Shown piece by piece: positions 10,623-18,595 of a stretch of 32,215 nucleotides of DNA. Positions within the stretch are counted from its first letter, which is position 1. Each line of letters opens with the position of its first letter. The notes below the pieces were generated by a model. It did no database searches and was not told the origin of the DNA. It was given only the letters and a program-made list of their open reading frames with translations. A program made the translations under genes and the position numbers. The DNA is from Frankiales bacterium. Its GTDB lineage: Bacteria > Actinomycetota > Actinomycetes > Mycobacteriales > SCTD01. The DNA is taken from the NCBI GenBank assembly GCA_025965755.1, contig JAOPWI010000366.1, positions 1 to 32,215 on the forward strand. The letters are read 5' to 3'.

Positions 10623-11264
10623 TCAGGCGGCGCGCTTGGCCGCAAGCGCCTTGCCGGCCTGGGCGGCTGCCTCCTGAGCGGTCTGGTGCATGAGCGCCGC
10701 GATCTCGGTGAACTCGTCCAGAGCCGGGTTGACGCCGACCAGGGTGAACTCGCGCTCGATCACTGTGAGGTCAGCGCCCCAGAGGTCGACGAGGATCCGG
10801 CGCAGGTAGTCGCTGCTGTGGTCCCACCCTGCGCGGGGCGTGCCGGCGCCGTAGGCGCCGCCGCGCGTGATGATCAGTACCGTCGGGGTGCCCTCGAGGA
10901 GCCGGGTGCCCTGCGGCGCGCCGGCGAGCGCGAGGTCGATCCACGTCTTGGCGTGCTGCGAGACCCCGAAGTTGTACAGCGGCAGCGCCAGGACGGCGCT
11001 GGTCGCCTCCTGCAGCTCCGCGGCCACCCGCTGAGCGAGCTCGACCGCCTCGCGCTGCTCGGCGCTGCGATCGGCCTCCGGCGTGTAGCTGCCGGAGATG
11101 GCGGCCGCCCAGGCCGGCGCGGGCAGCGGGTCCTGGCCGAGGTGGCGCCGCACGACCGGCACCTCCGGACTGGCGGCGACCAGCTCGGCCAGAACGAGGT
11201 CGGCCAGCGCGCTGCTGGCGGAGCGCTCGCCCTGAATGCTGGCGTCGATGCGGAGCAAGGACAT
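10623..11264 (-). CDS. azoR: FMN-dependent NADH-azoreductase / NAD(P)H quinone oxidoreductase (flavodoxin-like fold)
   Basis: 213-aa ORF: MSLLRIDASIQGERSASSALAD...LALPLYNFGVSQHAKTWIDL...VLIITRGGAYGAGTPRAGWDH...YLRRIL. This is the typical AzoR/AcpD pattern. An AGGGGA RBS precedes the ATG. Confidence 0.85.
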   Translation of the reverse strand: MSLLRIDASIQGERSASSALADLVLAELVAASPEVPVVRRHLGQDPLPAPAWAAAISGSYTPEADRSAEQREAVELAQRVAAELQEATSAVLALPLYNFGVSQHAKTWIDLALAGAPQGTRLLEGTPTVLIITRGGAYGAGTPRAGWDHSSDYLRRILVDLWGADLTVIEREFTLVGVNPALDEFTEIAALMHQTAQEAAAQAGKALAAKRAA

Positions 11265-11286
11265 GAGTTCCCCTGACGAGAGTGAC

Positions 11287-11330
11287 TTGAACGTTCAACT
11301 CAAGCTAAGTCAGCCGTGTTGAAGGTTCAA
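11287..11330. promoter_or_regulatory. paired palindromic operators in the azoR-marR divergent promoter region
   Basis: Perfect 12-bp palindrome TTGAACGTTCAA at 11287-11298. A one-mismatch copy, TTGAAGGTTCAA, lies at 11319-11330. On the minus strand TTGAAC-N17-TAGCTT forms a plausible azoR promoter, with palindrome 1 just downstream of its -10. On the plus strand TTGAAG-N15-TAGACT ends 6 nt before the marR GTG, suggesting a leaderless transcript. Confidence 0.6.
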
Positions 11331-11351
11331 GCCCGCCGGTAGACTGCGGAT

Positions 11352-11858
11352 GTGACCTCCGGCACCGTCTCCGAGCCTGCTGCGCCGTGGCTGACGCCCG
11401 CCCAGCAGCGCGACTGGCGGGCCCTGGTCGCGCTGTTCATGACGCTGCCGCCGGCCCTGGACGCGCAGCTCAAGCGAGACGCCGGCCTGAACTCCTTCGA
11501 GTACCACGTGCTCGCTGCGCTCTCCGACGCGCCGGACCGAGCGCTCGTGCTCAGCGAGCTGGCCGTCATGTCCCAGGGGTCGCTCTCCCGGCTGTCCCAC
11601 GCCATCACCCGGCTCGAGCGATCCGGGTGGGTGGACCGCCGCAGCTGTGCCGACCGCACTGGCCGGCGCACCGAGGCACGGCTCACGGAGGCCGGCCTCG
11701 CCAAGCTCGAGCAGATCGCGCCCGGACACGTGCGCGAGGCGCGCCGCCTGGTGATCGACGTGCTGAGTTCCGCTCAGCTCGCCGCGCTCGGCGACGCCGC
11801 CAGGACGCTGCTCGCCGCCGCCGTGCCGGATGCGCCCCGGGGGTGCCCGCAGCTCTGA
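11352..11858 (+). CDS. MarR family transcriptional regulator
   Basis: 168-aa ORF with a GTG start. Winged-helix block: LNSFEYHVLAALSDAPDRALVLSELAVMSQGSLSRLSHAITRLERSGWVDRRSCADRTGRRTEARLTEAGLAKL. Divergent from azoR. Confidence 0.85.
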   Translation: MTSGTVSEPAAPWLTPAQQRDWRALVALFMTLPPALDAQLKRDAGLNSFEYHVLAALSDAPDRALVLSELAVMSQGSLSRLSHAITRLERSGWVDRRSCADRTGRRTEARLTEAGLAKLEQIAPGHVREARRLVIDVLSSAQLAALGDAARTLLAAAVPDAPRGCPQL

Positions 11859-11934
11859 GCGCGGCGCCGCCGGTCACCTGCGCCGGTTCACCGCCCAGGA
11901 GCCGGTGGCTCCTCACCACGGGCCCACGCCAAAC

Positions 11935-11962
11935 GCCGGGCTGGGGACAACCCCAGCCCGGC
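11935..11962. terminator. terminator-like hairpin between convergent marR and SBP genes
   Basis: Perfect 12-bp stem GCCGGGCTGGGG / CCCCAGCCCGGC with loop ACAA. A second, weaker hairpin (CCCCCGAC...GTCGGGGG) lies at 11974-12000. Confidence 0.55.
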
Positions 11963-12005
11963 GCTTGGACAAGCCCCCGACCCCGCGAACGCGTCGGGGG
12001 TGCTG

Positions 12006-13385
12006 CTACTTCGGGTCGCTGATCGACCCGGTCTGGCCCTCGCTGTTCAGCAGCTCGCCGATGAACTCGTACTTGCCGGTGCCGCCCTTCTGGGCCGGCG
12101 GGACGTAGCGCGCGAACCGTGCCGCCTCAGGCATGTAGGCGTCGTTCGTGCCGTCGGTCTTGTAGGTCGCGCCATCGAGAGAGAGCGGGTGGGTGAAGTC
12201 GGCGTTCCAGACGACCTTCATCACGTTGACCCGGTTCAGGCCACCCTCTTCCGCAGCGGCCGCCCGGAGCACCTTCTCCAGGAGGATGGCGTACGTCGCG
12301 CCGGTGAAGTACGAGCCCTGCTGGGGGTCGTGTCCCTTGTCCTGCAGGATCTTGTTGACCTTCTGAACCTCCGGGTCGTCCGTCATGCTGGAGTCCTTGC
12401 CGGCGACGGCGACCAGGACGCCCTTGCCGGCAGGGTCCACCGGCTTGAAGTAGGCCGGCACGCTCTGGCAGTTGTAGGACAGGATCTTCTCCTGCCGGGC
12501 GTTGGCCAGCGCCGCCATGCTCTGCGAGCAGGGAGCGCCGGTGGTGCCGAGGACGATGACGTCCGCGTCGCTGGCGGCCAGGGTCGTGGTCTGGCTGGTG
12601 ACGTCAGGAGCGGCCGGGTCGTGCGTGACCACCTTGACGAGCTCGATCTTCCCGTCCTCGGCACACTTCTCGATGCCCTGGCGGTAGGTCTTGCCGAAGT
12701 CGTTGTCCATGAACAGGCCGGCGACCTTGGCCTTGCCGCCCTTGCCGAGGTTCTCGGCGATGTAGTTGCACCACAGGTTGGCCTCGGTGTTCAGGGCCAG
12801 GATGCCGCCGATGGTCCACGGGTGGTTCTTCGGGTCGCCCCAGACCGGGAACCCGGTCAGGTTGAACAGCTGCGGCATGCAGGCTTCCTGCAGCGTGTCC
12901 CGGATGGCCAGGTTGTTCGGCGTGCCCACCATGTTCACCATGGCGAACGGCTTGACGGTGTCCAGCGCCTCCTTCGCGTTGGCCAGCGTGCGGGCCGGGT
13001 CGTAGGCGTCGTCGGCCGACTTCAGCACGACCTTCTTGCCGTCGATGGGCTCCATCTGGTCGAAGTAGGCGCGCATGCCGTCGTCGGTGGTGCCGAGCGC
13101 CGCCACCGGGCCGGACTCCGGCAGGCTCATGTACAGCGTGATCTCGCTGTCCGTGACGCCCTGCTTGGGGTCCCAGTCGGCCGGGCAGTTCGGCAGGTCC
13201 AGCGTCGTGCCCGGCGCGATCTCCAGGGGCTCGTCGAGGTTCACCTCGCCGCCGCCCTGCGCGGCTGCGCCGGGCTCGTCGGCGGTGCCGGCGTTCTCGT
13301 CGCTGCCGCCGCCGCAGGCCGTGGCCACGAGCGAGACAGCGATCAGCGCGGTGATGAGCCGGAGGCGGGTGGTCCGCATCGGCAC
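12006..13385 (-). CDS. ABC transporter substrate-binding lipoprotein (branched-chain amino acid / Peripla_BP_6-like)
   Basis: 459-aa ORF. The N-terminus MPMRTTRLRLITALIAVSLVATACGGGS is a lipoprotein signal with a lipobox Cys. The body resembles LivJ-type type-I periplasmic binding proteins (KVAGLFMDNDFGK, VIVLGTTGAPC). No permease or ATPase gene is present in the window. Confidence 0.8.
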   Translation of the reverse strand: MPMRTTRLRLITALIAVSLVATACGGGSDENAGTADEPGAAAQGGGEVNLDEPLEIAPGTTLDLPNCPADWDPKQGVTDSEITLYMSLPESGPVAALGTTDDGMRAYFDQMEPIDGKKVVLKSADDAYDPARTLANAKEALDTVKPFAMVNMVGTPNNLAIRDTLQEACMPQLFNLTGFPVWGDPKNHPWTIGGILALNTEANLWCNYIAENLGKGGKAKVAGLFMDNDFGKTYRQGIEKCAEDGKIELVKVVTHDPAAPDVTSQTTTLAASDADVIVLGTTGAPCSQSMAALANARQEKILSYNCQSVPAYFKPVDPAGKGVLVAVAGKDSSMTDDPEVQKVNKILQDKGHDPQQGSYFTGATYAILLEKVLRAAAAEEGGLNRVNVMKVVWNADFTHPLSLDGATYKTDGTNDAYMPEAARFARYVPPAQKGGTGKYEFIGELLNSEGQTGSISDPK

Positions 13386-13398
13386 GTCCTCTCAAAGT

Positions 13399-13434
13399 GA
13401 GTCGTCTACGGAGTCGTATACGGAGTCATCGGGC
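13399..13434. repeat. 12-bp tandem repeat, about 2.6 copies (GAGTCGTCTACG / GAGTCGTATACG / GAGTCATCGGGC)
   Basis: Read directly from the sequence, 14 nt upstream of the SBP start codon in the SBP leader/promoter region. A 7-bp-arm inverted repeat, CCACGTC-N6-GACGTGG, follows immediately at 13434-13453. Confidence 0.6.
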
Positions 13435-13590
13435 CACGTCGGGGATGACGTGGCTCACACTGGCGGACGCTAGCGCGCCGCCACAGGGCGGCGGCGAAGC
13501 GGGACACACGGGTGCATCACGAAACGGCGACGGCCGGCCGTGGACTCCCCCGGCGAGCCCGCTCGAGCGCCCGAGCTGCGGCGGCGCACG

Positions 13591-13665
13591 CCCACCGGAG
13601 CACTCGCCCACCCGAGCACTCGCCCACCGGAGCACTCACCTGCCGGAGCACTCGCCTGCCGGACG
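13591..13665. repeat. 16-bp tandem repeat, about 4.6 copies, consensus CC(C/T)(A/G)CC(G/C)GAGCACTC(G/A)
   Basis: Units are CCCACCGGAGCACTCG (13591), CCCACCCGAGCACTCG (13607), CCCACCGGAGCACTCA (13623), CCTGCCGGAGCACTCG (13639) and a partial CCTGCCGGACG (13655). The unit length is not a multiple of 3 and the repeat lies in the non-coding gap between divergent genes. Confidence 0.9.
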
Positions 13666-13691
13666 CGGGAGTTGCGTCGGCGTTGCCCGCC

Positions 13692-13755
13692 TTGACACTG
13701 CGTGTGACCCCGAACACACTGCCGTCCACGCTGGACAGCAAGTCCAGACACTGCG
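13692..13755 (+). promoter_or_regulatory. candidate promoter of the acyl-CoA ligase gene with three ACACTGC repeats
   Basis: TTGACA (13692-13697), a 17-nt spacer, CACACT (13715-13720). GACACTGCG occurs at 13694-13702 and 13747-13755, and ACACTGC also at 13716-13722. Confidence 0.35.
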
Positions 13756-13792
13756 GCCAGGGCGCCGTACGCCTGCGACGACGGGGAGCACC

Positions 13793-15442
13793 GTGCCGGA
13801 CGCCGACATCCTGGAACCGCCGTCCGCGCAGCCCGCCAGAGCGGCCGCCGCCGCGCCGCTGACCCAGTCCTGGTGGCCCGCCGACACGAGCGTCGAGCTC
13901 AGTGATCTGACGGTCGGCGAGCTGCTCGTCGCCCGGGCGACCGCTCATCCGGACCGGCTGGCCCTCGTCGCCACGTCTCACAGCGGAGAACAGCTGCGGC
14001 TCACCTACGCCGACCTGCTGGAGCGGTCCCGCCGGGTGGCCTCAGGCCTGCTGGAGGTGGCCGAGCCGGGTGAGTTCGTGGCGCTGTGGGCGCCGAACGT
14101 CGCCGAGTGGCCGATCGTGCAGTACGGCGCGGCTCTGGCCGGCGTCGTCCTCGTCGCCCTCAACCCGGTGCTGCGCGGGGAGGAGCTGCGCTACGCGCTC
14201 GACCACTCCGGTGCCGTCGCCCTGATCCATGCCGACACCAGCCGGGACTACGACCTCGCGGCGGTGGTGGCCGAGGTCGCCCCGACCTGCCCGTCGGTCC
14301 GCACGGTCGTCAGCCTGTCGGACGTCGACCGGCTGGCCGGCGCGCCGGCGCGCGAGTCGCTGCCGACGGTCCGGCAGCTCGACCCGGTCATGCTGCAGTA
14401 CACCTCCGGAACCACCGGCACACCCAAGGGCGTGCTGCTGCACCACCGGGCGCTGGTCAACAACGCGATGCTGACGCTGGAGAGCACCGGCGTGGCGGCC
14501 GGCGCGGTCTGCGTCAACCCGCTGCCGATGTTCCACACGGCCGCCTGCGTCATCAGCACGCTGGGGCCGCTCTGGATCGGCGGCACCATGGTGCTCCTCC
14601 AGCAGTTCACTCCGGCCGCCGCGCTGGCCGCGGTCCGTGACGAGGGCGCGACCGTGCACATGGCGGTGCCCACCGTGCTCGGGGCGCTGCTGGAGGCGGC
14701 GAAGGCCGGCGGTGAGCCGGCTCCGCACCTGGACCAGGTCCTGGTCGGCGCCGCCAACGTGCCGCGCACGATGATCGAGGCGGTCGAGGAGGTCTTCGGG
14801 GCGTCGGTGCACAACCTGTTCGGCCAGACCGAGCTGGCCCCGGTGATCACGTGCATCCGGCCCGGTGACACCCGTTCGGACCAGGTGTCGTCGGTCGGGC
14901 GCCCGCTGCCGCAGGCCGAGGTCAAGATCGTCGATCCGGCGACCGGCGAGGTCGCCCCGCTGGGCACCTCGGGTGAGATCTGCGCCCGGAGCTATCAACA
15001 GCTGATCGAGTACTACCGGGATCCGGAGGCCACCGCGGCCGCGGTCGACGCGGACGGATGGCTGCACATGGGCGACCTGGGCGCCATGGACGAGCGGGGA
15101 GTCCTCACCCTGACGGGCCGGCTGAAGGAGCTCATCATCCGGGGCGGGGAGAACATCGCGCCCGGATCGGTCGAGAACGTCCTCGTCACCCATCGCGCCG
15201 TCCTGGACGCCGCCGTGGTGGGTGTTCCCGACGACACCTGGGGCGAGGTGGTCGTCGCCGCGGTGCGGCTCCGCGAGGCGCTGGAGGACCCGCAGGCCGA
15301 GCTCACCGCGTTCTGCCGCGAACGCCTGGCTCCCTACATGGTGCCCGTCCGCTTCGAGGTCGTGACCGACTACCCGATGACGGCGTCCGGCAAGGTGCAG
15401 AAGTTCCGGCTGCGTGAGCAGCTCCAGCGACAGGGCGACTGA
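13793..15442 (+). CDS. AMP-dependent acyl-CoA synthetase/ligase (FadD-like)
   Basis: In-frame GTG at 13793 is preceded by a GGGGAG RBS. The 5' extension of the track ORF (13397-) crosses the tandem repeats and I rejected it. AMP-binding motif MLQYTSGTTGTPKGV, plus GEICARSYQQLIEYY, WLHMGDLG, LKELIIRGGENI and SGKVQK. Confidence 0.85.
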   Translation: MPDADILEPPSAQPARAAAAAPLTQSWWPADTSVELSDLTVGELLVARATAHPDRLALVATSHSGEQLRLTYADLLERSRRVASGLLEVAEPGEFVALWAPNVAEWPIVQYGAALAGVVLVALNPVLRGEELRYALDHSGAVALIHADTSRDYDLAAVVAEVAPTCPSVRTVVSLSDVDRLAGAPARESLPTVRQLDPVMLQYTSGTTGTPKGVLLHHRALVNNAMLTLESTGVAAGAVCVNPLPMFHTAACVISTLGPLWIGGTMVLLQQFTPAAALAAVRDEGATVHMAVPTVLGALLEAAKAGGEPAPHLDQVLVGAANVPRTMIEAVEEVFGASVHNLFGQTELAPVITCIRPGDTRSDQVSSVGRPLPQAEVKIVDPATGEVAPLGTSGEICARSYQQLIEYYRDPEATAAAVDADGWLHMGDLGAMDERGVLTLTGRLKELIIRGGENIAPGSVENVLVTHRAVLDAAVVGVPDDTWGEVVVAAVRLREALEDPQAELTAFCRERLAPYMVPVRFEVVTDYPMTASGKVQKFRLREQLQRQGD

Positions 15443-15447
15443 ACTCC

Positions 15448-16194
15448 GTGGTCGATGCGTACCGCCTGGCGGGCCAGCGGGCGGTCGTGACCGGAGGTGG
15501 CCGCGGCATCGGCGCCGCCGTGTGCCGGCGCCTGGCTGCCGAGGGCGCGACGGTGCTCGTCCTGGACCGGGACCTGGACATGGCGCAGGAGGTCGCCGCC
15601 GACATCGGCGGCGAGGCGGTCTGTGTGGACGTGGGCGACCCGGCCGCGGTGCAGGAGGCGCTGCGGGACGGCGTCTTCCACGTGCTGGTGAACAACGCCG
15701 GGTTCGACGAGTTCGGCTGGTTCACCGAGGTCACGCCTGCCCAGTGGCAGCGGATCCTGCGGGTCAACCTGGAGGGGGTGCTGGCCTGCACGCAGGCGGT
15801 ACTCCCGGCGATGCAGCGGGCGCGGTACGGGCGGATCGTGACCATCTCCTCGGAGGCCGGGCGGATCGGGTCCAAGGGGAATGCGGTCTACGCAGCGGCC
15901 AAGGCAGGAGCGCTGGGGTTCACCAAGTCCATCGCGCGCGAGAACGCGCGGTTCGCCATCACCGCCAACGTCGTCGCCCCGGGCCCGATCGAGACACCGC
16001 TGCTGGACCAGGTCCGCGCGCTCGGCGAGCAGGGCACCCGGATGGTCGCGGCCATGGAGGCCGGCACGCAGCTGGGCCGGCTGGGCACGGTGGACGAGGT
16101 GGCCGCCGCGGTGGCCTTTCTGGCCGCACCCGAGGCCAGCTACGTCACCGGCGAGGTCCTCGGCGTGTCCGGCGGCATGGGCCTGGGCGGCTGA
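15448..16194 (+). CDS. SDR family oxidoreductase (FabG-like 3-oxoacyl reductase)
   Basis: 248-aa ORF with a GTG start 5 nt after the ligase stop. TGGGRGIG cofactor motif, NNAG, S...YAAAK catalytic motif (YxxxK), PGPIETP. Confidence 0.85.
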   Translation: MVDAYRLAGQRAVVTGGGRGIGAAVCRRLAAEGATVLVLDRDLDMAQEVAADIGGEAVCVDVGDPAAVQEALRDGVFHVLVNNAGFDEFGWFTEVTPAQWQRILRVNLEGVLACTQAVLPAMQRARYGRIVTISSEAGRIGSKGNAVYAAAKAGALGFTKSIARENARFAITANVVAPGPIETPLLDQVRALGEQGTRMVAAMEAGTQLGRLGTVDEVAAAVAFLAAPEASYVTGEVLGVSGGMGLGG

Positions 16195-16201
16195 CCGGCC
16201 G

Positions 16202-16846
16202 TCACCGGCGGCGAGCCGCTCCCTCGTACAGCGTCTTCCAGACGATGGACGCGTAGGCGTCGACGAGCCGCTCCACCTGCGCGTCCGAGGCTCCCCGCAC
16301 CAGCTGGTGGAACCCGCGCTCGGCCATCCAGGTGAGCCAGGCCGCCACCTCGTCGGCGAGCAGGCCCGCGTCCACCGTGCCGTCCTGCTGGCCGAGGTGA
16401 ATGTGCTGGCGCAGGGTCGCGGTGTTGCGCTCCATCATCCCCGCCACCAGCAGGCGGACCGATGGGTCGTAGCCGGAGGCGTCGACGACCGCGGCCATCA
16501 GCGTGGTGTGCGGTCGGTAGAGCTGGACCAGGCGCGACAGCGCCGCCCGCAGCTGGGGCTGACCGGCGTCGGCGGGCAGCGTGTGCCAGGCGCGGGCGGC
16601 GTCCTCGAGCTGGCCGAAGATGTCCTGGAACCAGGCGCGGAGCAGCTCCCCCTTGTCGTCGAAGTAGACGTAGAAGGTGGAGCGGGAGACGCCGGCCTCG
16701 GCCGCGATCCGCTCGACCGACAGCTCCGTGTAGCTCTCGCCGGCAGCCAGCAGCTGCTCCACCGCGGCCAGCAGCCTGTCCCGGAGCTGCCCACGCCGTT
16801 GCGTCCGCGACGTGGAGCTCGGCGTCTTCCGCGTGACGGACGGCAT
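16202..16846 (-). CDS. TetR/AcrR family transcriptional regulator
   Basis: 214-aa ORF. HTH: LRDRLLAAVEQLLAAGESYTELSVERIAAEAGVSRSTFYVYFDDKGELL. It is the last gene of the minus-strand operon that begins at 21369. Confidence 0.85.
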   Translation of the reverse strand: MPSVTRKTPSSTSRTQRRGQLRDRLLAAVEQLLAAGESYTELSVERIAAEAGVSRSTFYVYFDDKGELLRAWFQDIFGQLEDAARAWHTLPADAGQPQLRAALSRLVQLYRPHTTLMAAVVDASGYDPSVRLLVAGMMERNTATLRQHIHLGQQDGTVDAGLLADEVAAWLTWMAERGFHQLVRGASDAQVERLVDAYASIVWKTLYEGAARRR

Positions 16847-16894
16847 GGGCGAAGACTATGTCCACACACGGTGTCCGAGGCCACCGCGCCCGGG

Positions 16895-17758
16895 TCAGCC
16901 GACCGGGTTGGCCCCCGGGGTCGCCCCGACCAGGTCAACGATCTCCGTCCAGCGCGCGGCGACGTCGTCGATCGTCGGGACCTCCGCAAAGGCGACGCCC
17001 TGGGAGGAGAACTGCGCCACCCGGTGCACCTGTCCGCCACCGGCGACCAGCACGCTGCCCGTCTCCGTGCACTCGTCGGTCAGCAGATAGCCGACCACCG
17101 GCGCCACGTGCCGGGGATCGAGGCGCTCCAGGACCTCAGCCGGAGCGACGTCCGCGGTCATCCGGGTCGCCGCGATGGGCGCGATCGCGTTCGCGGTCAC
17201 GCCGTTCTTCAGCCCCTCGATCGCCAGGGTGTTGATGAGCCCGACCAGCCCGAGCTTGGCGGCGCCGTAGTTGGCCTGGCCGAAGTTGCCGTAGATGCCG
17301 GACGTGGAGGTCGCGACGACGACCCGGCCGTGCTTCTGCTCGCGGAAGTGCGGCCAGGCGGCGTGCACGGTGAAGAACGCCCCGTACAGGTGCACCTGCT
17401 GGACGGCGTCCCAGTCGGCGACGGTCATCTTCTGGAACGACACGTCGCGCAGGATGCCGGCGTTGGCGACCACGCCGTCGATGCGTCCCCAGCGGTCCAG
17501 CGCCGTCTGCACGACCGCCGCGCCGCCCTCCTGGGTGGCCACGCTGTCGTAGTTGGCGGCCGCCTCTCCGCCGGCGGCCTCGATCTCGGCCACCACCGCG
17601 TCCGCCGCAGCCGAGCCCGCGCCGCTGCCGTCGCGGGCGCCGCCCAGGTCGTTGACGACGATCCGCGCGCCTGAGCGGGCGAGCAGCAGGGCGTACTCCC
17701 GTCCCAGGCCGTTGCCTGCTCCGGTCACCGCGATGACTCGTCCTTCGACTCCTGCCAT
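16895..17758 (-). CDS. SDR family 3-hydroxyacyl-CoA dehydrogenase (Hsd4A / MFE-2 N-terminal-domain-like)
   Basis: 287-aa ORF: RVIAVTGAGNGLGREYALLLARSGARIVVNDLGG...DGSG...AADAVVAEI..AGGEAAANYDSV; NAGILRD; TSTSGIYGNFGQANYGAAKLGL. This pattern is characteristic of the dehydrogenase domain of multifunctional enzyme type 2 and of mycobacterial Hsd4A. Confidence 0.8.
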   Translation of the reverse strand: MAGVEGRVIAVTGAGNGLGREYALLLARSGARIVVNDLGGARDGSGAGSAAADAVVAEIEAAGGEAAANYDSVATQEGGAAVVQTALDRWGRIDGVVANAGILRDVSFQKMTVADWDAVQQVHLYGAFFTVHAAWPHFREQKHGRVVVATSTSGIYGNFGQANYGAAKLGLVGLINTLAIEGLKNGVTANAIAPIAATRMTADVAPAEVLERLDPRHVAPVVGYLLTDECTETGSVLVAGGGQVHRVAQFSSQGVAFAEVPTIDDVAARWTEIVDLVGATPGANPVG

Positions 17759-17791
17759 GCGTGCCTGTCTCCTTCGTCGGGGGGTGTGGGC

Positions 17792-18595
17792 TCAGCGACC
17801 GGTGAACCGAGGAGGTCGCCGCTCGATCACGGCAGCCAGGCCCTCACGGGCGTCGGCCGTGCCGGACAGCTCCGAGACCGTACGGGCCTCCTCGGGCAGC
17901 TGTGCCTCGACCCGTCCGCCCAGCCCGGACCAGACCAGCCGTTTGGTGGCGGCCAGCGCCTTCGGTGCACCGGCGGCCAGCTGGCGGGCCAGCTGCAGAG
18001 CGGCGTCCTGGAGCTGGTCGTCCTCGACGACGCGACTGACGATGCCGAGCGCCAGGGCCTCGTCGGCCGTCAGCGTGGGGTTGGTGAGCAGGATGTCCAT
18101 GGCCTTGCGGACCCCGACGATCTGCGGCAGCGTCACGGTGGTCCCGGCGTCGGGAGCCATGCCGACGCGGGTCGCCCCTGGCAGGAACCGCGCCGAGCGA
18201 CCGGCCACGACGAGGTCGGCAGCGCAGACCAGCCCGAAGCCGCCACCGCCGGCGGCGAAGCCGTGCACCGCCGCGATGACGGGCGCCTGCAGCGCGAGCA
18301 GCCCCTGCACGCACAGCTGCAGCCAGGCGGTCGCCTCGCGGAGGTACTCCGGAAGCTGCTCCCCCTTGCCGGCGAAGGTCTTGACGTCCCCGCCGGCGCA
18401 GAAGTGCTTGCCCTCGCCGCTGAGCAGCAGCACCCGCAGGCCGGCCTGGCCGTGCGCTGCCATGACCGCATCGTTGAGGGCGCGCAGGAACGGCACGTCC
18501 ATGCCGTTCGCGGCCTCCGGCCGGTTGAGCCGCAGGCGCGCGACCCCGTCGTCATCGAGGTCGAGCAGCGCCGTCCCGCTGTCGATCAGCCTCAT
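17792..18595 (-). CDS. enoyl-CoA hydratase/isomerase (crotonase) family protein
   Basis: Starts at MRLIDSGTALLDLDDDGVARLRLNRPEAANGM (ATG 18595). Crotonase blocks: LLSGEGKHFCAGGDVK, VIAAVHGFAAGGGFGL, TADEALALGIVSRVV. The track ORF extends further 5' through Arg-rich sequence, which I rejected. Confidence 0.85.
   Translation of the reverse strand: MRLIDSGTALLDLDDDGVARLRLNRPEAANGMDVPFLRALNDAVMAAHGQAGLRVLLLSGEGKHFCAGGDVKTFAGKGEQLPEYLREATAWLQLCVQGLLALQAPVIAAVHGFAAGGGGFGLVCAADLVVAGRSARFLPGATRVGMAPDAGTTVTLPQIVGVRKAMDILLTNPTLTADEALALGIVSRVVEDDQLQDAALQLARQLAAGAPKALAATKRLVWSGLGGRVEAQLPEEARTVSELSGTADAREGLAAVIERRPPRFTGR

Noticed and set aside
13591-13665. Possible CRISPR array
   Set aside because: The 16-bp units are directly abutting with no spacers, are far shorter than CRISPR repeats, and no cas genes are present. 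This is a simple tandem repeat.
13397-13792. 5' extension of the acyl-CoA ligase ORF (track start 13397)
   Set aside because: It reads through the 12-bp and 16-bp tandem repeats, which have non-triplet periodicity, and gives a Pro/Arg/His-rich peptide. An in-frame GTG at 13793 with a GGGGAG RBS gives a normal-length (549 aa) ligase.
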